Shown here piece by piece: positions 37,434 to 45,194 of a stretch of 56,040 bases of DNA. Source of the stretch: a virus (taxonomy: Duplodnaviria; Caudoviricetes); the IMG/VR virus record IMGVR_UViG_3300042294_002897, positions 1-56,040 of that record; one strand, 5' to 3'. A program made the translations under genes and the position numbers. Positions within the stretch are counted from its first letter, which is position 1, and every line of letters begins with the position of its first letter. The notes below the pieces were generated by a model, which made no database searches, was not told where the DNA came from, and worked only from the letters and a program-made list of their open reading frames with translations.

Positions 37434-39842
37434 ATGAATGAAATTTACAAAATTTTAAATGATTTTAAAATAGACAAAAAATTTTGGAATCACGATGATT
37501 TATCATCAAATGACTACGATTTTTTAAGATCGAAACCTGCTCCATATTTAAAAAAAACAATTGAGATTGCTAAATTATTAAAATTAAAAACCCTAGTTGA
37601 AATTGGTTCAACAAGAATATCAGCTACTCAGAAATGTATAGATTATTTTTACAATCAAAATGATCCATTTTTATCACCACCATGTTGTGGGGATGGTCAT
37701 AGTACTTTTTTTTGGACTGATGCGGGGTTTGATGTTCACACGGTAGATATCGATGAAAAGTGTATTGATGGTGTTAATTGGTGTTATAATAACTTGAATT
37801 TAGAAAAACCAACAAATCTTCATTTACATATTCCAAAAGATGGGTTAGAATTTTTACGTGAATTTTCTGAAACTATTGACATTTTATTTCTAGATGGATG
37901 GGATAAAGGAGTACCAAATTATGCTGAAAAACATCTAGAATGTTATGAAATTGCTCGTGATAAACTTTCTAGTGTGCATTTAATTCTTATTGATGACACA
38001 GACTATAACACACTAGATGGTGGTAAAGACAAGTTACTTACACCTAGATTAATTGAGGATGGTTATATCCCACTTTTTAATGGAAGACAATCTTTATTCT
38101 ATAAAGACTCATCAAATAAGATGTCTTTAAATCAAGAAATTTTAAATAAAAACAAAGAATTACAAATTATGCAAAGCAATAATAAAACAACTTTAGTAAC
38201 AGGTCTCTGGAATATTGGTAGATCTGATTTGTCGGTTGGGTGGTCTCGAGGGTACGAACATTATTTAAATAAATTTGAACAACTCTTAAAATCTAATTAT
38301 AATTTTATTATATTTGGGGATCGTGAGTTAGAAGAATTTGTAATGGCGAGAAGAAGTCCTGAAAACACTCAATTTATTGTTAGAGAACTTTCTTGGTTTA
38401 AAAACGAATTTTATGATATCATACAAAAAATAAGAACCAATCCAAATTGGTATAATCAAGTTGGGTGGTTAACAGATTCGACTCAGGCTAAATTAGATAT
38501 GTACAATCCTTTAGTGATGAGTAAAGTTTTTTTGTTACACGATGCAAAAATACTAGATAAATTTAATTCAAATTATTTATTTTGGATAGATGCTGGGTTG
38601 ACAAATACCGTACATAGTGGGTATTTTACACATGACAATGTTATCGAAAATTTGGGTGAACATAACTTTATAAGTTTTGTTTCTTTTCCTTACAAAGCTG
38701 AATCTGAAATTCATGGGTTTAATTATGAACATATGTGTTCTATGGTTGGTGAAAAAATAGATAAAGTTTGTAGAGGAGGTTTTTTTGGTGGACCTAAAGA
38801 GTTAATAAGTGAGTTTAATTCTCAGTATTATAGTCTAATGAAAGAAACTTTGAATTCTGGGTTTATGGGAACTGAAGAATCTTTGTTTACAATACTTTTA
38901 TACAAATACTGTGAGACATATAGATATTTCGAAATTGAATCTAACGGATTATTGTCAAAGTTTTTTGAAGATGTAAAAAATAATAATCAAAAATTATTAT
39001 CGATGTGCCCCAAAGTATCAAAATCATCGAAAGAATTGAACGTTGGGTTGTACGTAATTGGATTTAATAGTCCGAAACAATTTGAGACTCTCATTGAATC
39101 GATGATACAGTATGATTGTCAGTTTATAGATGGTCCAAAAAAGTTTTTATTAGACAATTCGAGCGATGAAAGTACTTTTCAGAGGTACAGTGAATTGTGT
39201 GAGGAGTTTGATTTTGTTCATATTAAAAAAGATAATCTTGGTATTTGTGGTGGAAGACAATTTATTGCGGAACACGCCGATTTAAATAATTTTGACTATT
39301 ATTTCTTTTTTGAAGACGATATGTTTTTTTATACCAAAAAAGGTGAAGTTTGTAGAAATGGTTTTAACAGATATGTCAACAACTTTTATAATAACGTTTT
39401 GCAAATTATTCAAAAACACGACTTTGATTTTCTTAAATTTAATTATTCAGAATTTTTCGGAGATAATGGCGTACAATGGTCCTGGTACAATGTACCTCAA
39501 ACCATAAGAGAAAAATTCTTTCCGAATAATACTCAATTACCAAAACACGGAATAGACCAAAACGCACCAAGAACAAATTATGAAAACATTAGATCTCACA
39601 ATGGAATACCATATGTGACAGGTGAAGTTTATTATTCTAATTGGCCACAAGTAGTTTCCAAAGAAGGAAATAAAAAAATGTTTTTAGATACAAAATGGGC
39701 ACATCCCTACGAACAAACTTGGATGAGTCATATTTTTCAAGAAACTAAAGTTGGAAAGATAAAACCCGCATTATTATTAATGACACCTACGGAACACAAT
39801 CGTTTTGAACACTATTCTGGAAATTTAAGAAAAGAATCTTAA
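37434..39842 (+). CDS. Methyltransferase + HtrL/WlaTC-like GT + GT-A-like triple fusion
   Basis: Likely start ATG 37434. VEIGS..DILFLDG..IDD; TTLVTGLWNIGR..Y..KF..SK.F..FWIDAG..GGFFGG..GTEES; LDNS..GGRQ..FFEDD. Confidence 0.75.
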   Translation: MNEIYKILNDFKIDKKFWNHDDLSSNDYDFLRSKPAPYLKKTIEIAKLLKLKTLVEIGSTRISATQKCIDYFYNQNDPFLSPPCCGDGHSTFFWTDAGFDVHTVDIDEKCIDGVNWCYNNLNLEKPTNLHLHIPKDGLEFLREFSETIDILFLDGWDKGVPNYAEKHLECYEIARDKLSSVHLILIDDTDYNTLDGGKDKLLTPRLIEDGYIPLFNGRQSLFYKDSSNKMSLNQEILNKNKELQIMQSNNKTTLVTGLWNIGRSDLSVGWSRGYEHYLNKFEQLLKSNYNFIIFGDRELEEFVMARRSPENTQFIVRELSWFKNEFYDIIQKIRTNPNWYNQVGWLTDSTQAKLDMYNPLVMSKVFLLHDAKILDKFNSNYLFWIDAGLTNTVHSGYFTHDNVIENLGEHNFISFVSFPYKAESEIHGFNYEHMCSMVGEKIDKVCRGGFFGGPKELISEFNSQYYSLMKETLNSGFMGTEESLFTILLYKYCETYRYFEIESNGLLSKFFEDVKNNNQKLLSMCPKVSKSSKELNVGLYVIGFNSPKQFETLIESMIQYDCQFIDGPKKFLLDNSSDESTFQRYSELCEEFDFVHIKKDNLGICGGRQFIAEHADLNNFDYYFFFEDDMFFYTKKGEVCRNGFNRYVNNFYNNVLQIIQKHDFDFLKFNYSEFFGDNGVQWSWYNVPQTIREKFFPNNTQLPKHGIDQNAPRTNYENIRSHNGIPYVTGEVYYSNWPQVVSKEGNKKMFLDTKWAHPYEQTWMSHIFQETKVGKIKPALLLMTPTEHNRFEHYSGNLRKES

Positions 39843-39867
39843 CGTGTATTTATTGTAAAAATATTTA

Positions 39868-40248
39868 ATGAATTTTTACATAAATAAAAATGCAAACCTT
39901 CCACTTCTGAAAATGCAAGTGGTCAAAGATGGTCGTAGTGAATATCAACAATTTATGCAATTATTAGAAACATCATCTATTTTTTTCACGATGATTAATA
40001 GTGAAACGGGTATACCCAAAATTGTGTCTAAACCTGCTTATATTGTTGAACTGACTAGTGTAGACGAAAATGCTCAGACAGAATATTATGTATATTTTAG
40101 ATTCACGAAAAAAGATACCAATAAAGTTGGTACATACAAAGGTCAATTTTTAATCAAATCGGAAGATGGTGATCTTATTTTACCACTAAGGGAAGAACTC
40201 AACATCTTTATTCAAGAAAGTTTTATCATAGATAGTCCTTGTTGTTGA
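39868..40248 (+). CDS. BppU-N-like beta-sandwich virion protein
   Basis: F.I.KN..LP.L....; Y.F...DT..VG.Y.GQF.I. TATTTAT at 39847-39853. Confidence 0.5.
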   Translation: MNFYINKNANLPLLKMQVVKDGRSEYQQFMQLLETSSIFFTMINSETGIPKIVSKPAYIVELTSVDENAQTEYYVYFRFTKKDTNKVGTYKGQFLIKSEDGDLILPLREELNIFIQESFIIDSPCC

Positions 40249-40274
40249 CGGGTTTTTTATTACCTTTATAGTTG
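40244..40274 (+). promoter_or_regulatory. Possible host-type promoter for DNA polymerase
   Basis: GTTG, 19 nt, then TATAGTTG (one mismatch in each box), 16 nt upstream of ATG 40291. Confidence 0.35.
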
Positions 40275-40290
40275 AAAAGGTATAAGTAAA

Positions 40291-43047
40291 ATGATTACAA
40301 CGGAGGAAATCAAAAATTTTTTGGAGGGAAACGATCCTGAGCAGTATATTGTTGCTTTGGAATTCGATTATGCTACAGAAGAAATCTGTAAGATTAAAGA
40401 AATCCCTGGTAAGGGAAAACAAATCGTAAGAGATACTTTTATACCTTTCTGTTGGGTTGGTGATCTACGTAGTTTAAATTTCTACAAAGGATCTAAAGCC
40501 AACCAAAAAGAAGCGATGTCCAAACATAAAATTCTGATTGAAAAATTAGAAACTTATGACAATGACAGACTGAATCAGGGTCTTACTTTTATTGTAAAAT
40601 CACTCAAAGGATACAGAAACTTAATTCAATTTTTTCGTGAGGGCGGTATAGATCCTTGGGGTGAGGCGGCTAAAGATCAGTTTCTACTCTTACCACCAGT
40701 TGAGCAATATCTTATTCAAAAAGAAAAAAGGTTGTTTAAAGGTTATGAAGAATATAATGATATTACTCGATTTGGATTTGACTTAGAGACCACCACACTT
40801 GATCCAAAAGATGGTCGTATATTTATGATCGGTATGAAAACAAACAAAGGTTTTCATCAAGTGATTGAATGTCTTACAGAAGAACAAGAGAAACAAGGAT
40901 TGATTGAATTTTTTAGAACAATTCATAAACTAAATCCGAGTATTATCGCTGGATATAATAGTTTTAACTTTGACTGGCATTGGATCATTGAGAGGTCGAA
41001 GGCTTTGGGGTTAGATATGAAAAAAATTTGTATAACCTTAAACCCTGAAAGACATTTCTCACAAAAAGAACAATTACTAAAATTAGCCAATGAGGTAGAG
41101 AAATATAATCAAATTGGTATGTGGGGTTATAATGTGATAGATATACTTCACGCAGTAAGACGAGCTCAAGCAATAAATTCGAATATTAAAAGTGCGGGTC
41201 TTAAATACATTACTCAATACTTAGAATTAGAAAGTCCAAATCGTATTTACATAGACCATCAGAACATTGGTAAGATGTATGAAAAGAAAGAGGAATATTG
41301 GTTGAATATTAACAATGGGAAATATAAGAGAGCCGACATTCCTGAATTCGAAAATTTGGATAAAAGATTTCCTTCTGTTTATGAAAAAGTAACAGGTGAC
41401 AAAATCGTTGAGATGTATCTTGACGATGATCTAGATGAAACACTTCGAGTTGATGAAGAGTTCAATCAAGGTTCTTTTTTACTTGCATCATTGGTCCCAA
41501 CTACATATGAAAGAGTATTAACTATGGGCACTGCAACCTTGTGGAAAATGATCATGCTTGCTTGGTCTTATAAACACAAACTTGCTATTCCTAAAAAACA
41601 AGAGAAAAAAGATTTTGTAGGTGGTTTGTCACGGTTAATCAAGGTTGGGTATTCTACAAATGTTCTTAAACTTGACTTTAGTTCGCTTTATCCGTCTATC
41701 CAATTAGTACACGAAGTTTTTCCCGATTGTGATGTAACAGGTGCTCTTAGAGGATTTCTAAAGTATTTTCGTGATACTCGTATTTTATACAAACAACTTG
41801 CTGAAGAATTTTCAGATTCAGACTCAAAGAAATCTAAATCTTACGATAGAAAACAATTACCTATCAAAATATTCATCAACAGTATGTTTGGAGCTCTGTC
41901 AGCACCTCAAGTTTTCGCTTGGGGTGACATGTATATGGGAGAACAAATAACTTGTACAGGACGACAATACCTACGACAAATGACAAAATTTTTTATGGCT
42001 CGTGGTTATGAGCCTTTAGTGATGGACACCGATGGTATCAACTTTTCAGCACCTAAAGGTGTTGAAGATAGAGTTTACATTGGTAGAGGTAATAATTGGA
42101 AAGTTAAACAAGGTAAGGAGTATAAAGGAGCCGCGGCAGACATTGCCGAATACAACGACATATTTATGCGTGGTGAAATGGCCTTAGATAATGATGGTGT
42201 GTGGCCGAGTTGTATTAATATTGCAAGAAAAAATTATGCACTTTTGACTGAAAAAGGTAAGATTAAATTAGTAGGAAATACAATTAAATCCAAAAAACTA
42301 CCTGGTTACATAGAGGATTTTCTAGACAAAGGAATTAAATTACTCCTTCAAGGTAAAGGTAAGGATTTTGTTGAATTTTATTATGAATATCTTACCAAGA
42401 TTTACAACAAGGAAATACCTCTCGTTAAAATCGCACAAAGAGGAAAAATAAAACAAAGTGTCAAAGATTACGAAGAAAGGTGTAAACAAAAAACCAAAGC
42501 GGGTAATCCTATGTCTCGACAAGCACACATGGAACTTGTTATTCAAAATAATATGAATGTCAATCTTGGAGATGTTATTTATTATGTTAATAATGGAACT
42601 AAGATTTCACAGGGTGACGTTGCTAAAAAAGGAGATACTATTACATTGAATTGTTATTTAGTCAGTCAAAATGACATTGATAATAATCCGAATCTTACTG
42701 GTGAATACAATGTACCTCGTGCCATTTCTGTATTTAACAAACGTATTGAACCACTTTTGGTTGTTTTTAAACCTGAGGTACGAGATGTTTTGTTAATCAC
42801 CGATCCTGAAAAACGAGAATATTTCACGACACTTCAATGTGAACTAATAAATGGTCAACCTTTTAATGAAACCGATCAAGATAATTTAGAAAAAGATGTA
42901 TTAGAAATAACTGAACAAGAAATTGACTATTGGAAAAGAAGAGGATTGAACCCAAACTACATCTATGAGTTAGCTGAAAGTGGGTGGGAGAATCATATCA
43001 ATCACCAAAGTTTAACTCCATCAGAGGAAAGTATGTACCAATTTTGA
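40291..43047 (+). CDS. Family B DNA polymerase
   Basis: Exo FDLET, GYNSFNFDW. Pol LDFSSLYPSI, K.FINSMFG, DTDG, KNYA. Confidence 0.95.
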   Translation: MITTEEIKNFLEGNDPEQYIVALEFDYATEEICKIKEIPGKGKQIVRDTFIPFCWVGDLRSLNFYKGSKANQKEAMSKHKILIEKLETYDNDRLNQGLTFIVKSLKGYRNLIQFFREGGIDPWGEAAKDQFLLLPPVEQYLIQKEKRLFKGYEEYNDITRFGFDLETTTLDPKDGRIFMIGMKTNKGFHQVIECLTEEQEKQGLIEFFRTIHKLNPSIIAGYNSFNFDWHWIIERSKALGLDMKKICITLNPERHFSQKEQLLKLANEVEKYNQIGMWGYNVIDILHAVRRAQAINSNIKSAGLKYITQYLELESPNRIYIDHQNIGKMYEKKEEYWLNINNGKYKRADIPEFENLDKRFPSVYEKVTGDKIVEMYLDDDLDETLRVDEEFNQGSFLLASLVPTTYERVLTMGTATLWKMIMLAWSYKHKLAIPKKQEKKDFVGGLSRLIKVGYSTNVLKLDFSSLYPSIQLVHEVFPDCDVTGALRGFLKYFRDTRILYKQLAEEFSDSDSKKSKSYDRKQLPIKIFINSMFGALSAPQVFAWGDMYMGEQITCTGRQYLRQMTKFFMARGYEPLVMDTDGINFSAPKGVEDRVYIGRGNNWKVKQGKEYKGAAADIAEYNDIFMRGEMALDNDGVWPSCINIARKNYALLTEKGKIKLVGNTIKSKKLPGYIEDFLDKGIKLLLQGKGKDFVEFYYEYLTKIYNKEIPLVKIAQRGKIKQSVKDYEERCKQKTKAGNPMSRQAHMELVIQNNMNVNLGDVIYYVNNGTKISQGDVAKKGDTITLNCYLVSQNDIDNNPNLTGEYNVPRAISVFNKRIEPLLVVFKPEVRDVLLITDPEKREYFTTLQCELINGQPFNETDQDNLEKDVLEITEQEIDYWKRRGLNPNYIYELAESGWENHINHQSLTPSEESMYQF

Positions 43048-43337
43048 TATACAAAAACTAGTTCTATACAGGCACCTGTCTCTATTTGGATTTCATCCCA
43101 ATGTTCATCAATTCTGTTAATATCAGGAACAATTAAAACACTCGTCAAAGCTTTAATTTTAATTCTATCAGTAGAGACACTGTTGAGGGTAATTTTACAA
43201 TTCCCAACGCCTTTTACAACAATAGCATATTCACCATTGGTGGTGTATGTTTCCTCTGAAACAACCGCTAATTCTGAAGTTTTAACTTGTATACCATTGA
43301 TTATTTTTTCACTAGGTATCGATCTTATAATAGCCAT
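43002..43337 (-). CDS. Hypothetical beta-rich protein (probable virion)
   Basis: 111 aa downstream of the neck gene; ends WYILSSDG. Confidence 0.55.
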   Translation of the reverse strand: MAIIRSIPSEKIINGIQVKTSELAVVSEETYTTNGEYAIVVKGVGNCKITLNSVSTDRIKIKALTSVLIVPDINRIDEHWDEIQIETGACIELVFVYQNWYILSSDGVKLW

Positions 43338-43340
43338 ATG

Positions 43341-44456
43341 TTAAACTGTTGTTATTGGTATTGGAAATGCCCTAAACTTTAGTTGTGTATTTAGATCTGT
43401 GGCAATTTCAGCCTCTCTTTTCATTATAAACTCAGGCCTTAATCTTTCCAATCTTTTTTGGAGTTCTTCTAAAAGTATTTGTTTTTCATCTTTTGCTTCG
43501 GTAGAGAGTGAGGTGTAGTCCATTTGTAATTCACTATCGGGTGTTTTTAAGTTTCCACTAAATTTACCCCTCACTCTAGCTAAAGTTTCTTTTGCATAAG
43601 CCGTCAACCATCTTCTGACCCATTGTTGTGCGGGATCATTCAAATCCTGCCATGAAAGGGCATCTAACGGAATATCTGATGGTAATTTAACAATGTCTGG
43701 ATTATCTTTCAGACACTGATCTCTATCAGCATCGTTTGTATCATAATACCAGTACCACACTTTACCTCTCATCAGTTCCGAATTCCCGAAGTCAAATTTT
43801 CCACCAGGTGTATTGTATAACATTACGGCTTTTTTACCACCAGGTAATGCTGTGACTCTGTATTGTACGTCAGGTTGTATCAACCTACGTTTAATATTGA
43901 TGTCTTGAAGTCTAGATAAAACATCGTAAGATGAGAAAAAGAAATATCCCCCTCCTCCCCATCCAGGTTGAGCAAATCCACCGGGTCCACCTATACCAGG
44001 CCCTCCTAGAGCTCCAAACGACCATGGGTCAAAGAATACACTATTTTGTTCAGAGGGTGAAAACCAAAGTAATTCATTGAGTTCTCTTCCTGCTGGTATT
44101 TCATAGATCTGTTGATTTTGTTGTAACTGAAAATAATCCTTTTTAAGTACCCAAGGACCTGAGTTTTGAAGTCCAACAATTTTTGAGTAGGCATAGGTAT
44201 ATTGAGTTTCCCAATCCAATGATCTTCTCACTAGTGCATTTGCGACGGATTGAGTGTCTAAATTCAGACCATATAATGAAGTCCATTGTGACTCTATTAA
44301 CCAATCTTGAACATATTGGGTATAATCTCCAATGGAAAGTTCCATTAGTGAATCCATCATTTCATCTGTCAATTCTACGGAACGTAACGGGGCGCCCAAG
44401 AGATTATAAATTCTCTTGTACATTTTACTTCTTTCTGGTTCTGCAATAATATTCAT
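43341..44456 (-). CDS. Neck/head-tail adaptor (T4 gp13-like)
   Basis: Likely start ATG 44456. LGAP..VELT; WVRR...A..KE.L..VRGKF.....P...L...L..EA..E...L.EEL. Confidence 0.75.
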   Translation of the reverse strand: MNIIAEPERSKMYKRIYNLLGAPLRSVELTDEMMDSLMELSIGDYTQYVQDWLIESQWTSLYGLNLDTQSVANALVRRSLDWETQYTYAYSKIVGLQNSGPWVLKKDYFQLQQNQQIYEIPAGRELNELLWFSPSEQNSVFFDPWSFGALGGPGIGGPGGFAQPGWGGGGYFFFSSYDVLSRLQDINIKRRLIQPDVQYRVTALPGGKKAVMLYNTPGGKFDFGNSELMRGKVWYWYYDTNDADRDQCLKDNPDIVKLPSDIPLDALSWQDLNDPAQQWVRRWLTAYAKETLARVRGKFSGNLKTPDSELQMDYTSLSTEAKDEKQILLEELQKRLERLRPEFIMKREAEIATDLNTQLKFRAFPIPITTV

Positions 44457-44469
44457 AACCAATAAATAT

Positions 44470-45159
44470 TCACAATCTATCATTTACGTAATCCCAATCA
44501 ACAACCCTCCAAAAGTTTTTGATATATTCGTCTCTTCTATTTTGATATTTGAGATAGTATGCATGTTCCCATACGTCCAAACCAAGAAGTGGTTTTCCTC
44601 CATCTTTAATAAAACTCATCATTGGATTATCTTGATTTTGTGTTGTTACAATTTTTAATTTACCATTTTCTTTTAGTATCAACCATACCCAACCAGATCC
44701 AAAAACACTTTTAGCGGTCTCATCGAATTTTTTTTTGAATTCTTTTAAACTTCCAAAATTCGAGTTTATTCTCGAATCAAGTTTCATAGGAATTCTTGGT
44801 GGGTTAGGTGTCATCATATTCCAAAACAACGAATGATTATAGGCCCCACCAGCGTTGTCTCGTATAGGTTTTTCAGTTTCTTTGACCGAACTTACAATTT
44901 CTTCCAAAGACATATTTTCATATCTCTTTCCTTTGGTCGCTAAGTTCAATTTATCAACATAACCTTTATAGTGTTTTGTATAATGAACATTCATTGTTGT
45001 TGGATCGATGAAAGCTTTGAGAGATGTAAAAGAATAAGGTAATGGTTCAAACACTACATTACCATGTTTTATCTTGGATTTTTTTTGTTCTTCTATTAAT
45101 CTTCTTCTTTCCTCAATTTTCTGTTCTATTAACTCAATTTTATTTTCCAAATACTTCAT
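44470..45159 (-). CDS. sodA: Superoxide dismutase (Mn-type signatures) with N-terminal extension
   Basis: LPY....L; H..KH...YV..LN; NAGG..NHS.FW; FGSGW.W; NQDNP; DVWEHAYY. The GG and QD residues suggest Mn. Confidence 0.9.
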   Translation of the reverse strand: MKYLENKIELIEQKIEERRRLIEEQKKSKIKHGNVVFEPLPYSFTSLKAFIDPTTMNVHYTKHYKGYVDKLNLATKGKRYENMSLEEIVSSVKETEKPIRDNAGGAYNHSLFWNMMTPNPPRIPMKLDSRINSNFGSLKEFKKKFDETAKSVFGSGWVWLILKENGKLKIVTTQNQDNPMMSFIKDGGKPLLGLDVWEHAYYLKYQNRRDEYIKNFWRVVDWDYVNDRL

Positions 45160-45194
45160 ACTCACCAAGACTTTAGTGTCTCCTATAAGTATTT

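Noticed and set aside
14900-39842. GT clusters as a DNA hypermodification system
   Set aside because: No hydroxymethylase, TET/JBP or T4 agt/bgt-like gene is recognisable here, and the context favours protein substrates. Not excluded for individual GTs.
43002-43047. 46-nt convergent overlap between PolB and the neighbouring gene
   Set aside because: Ordinary compact phage arrangement.
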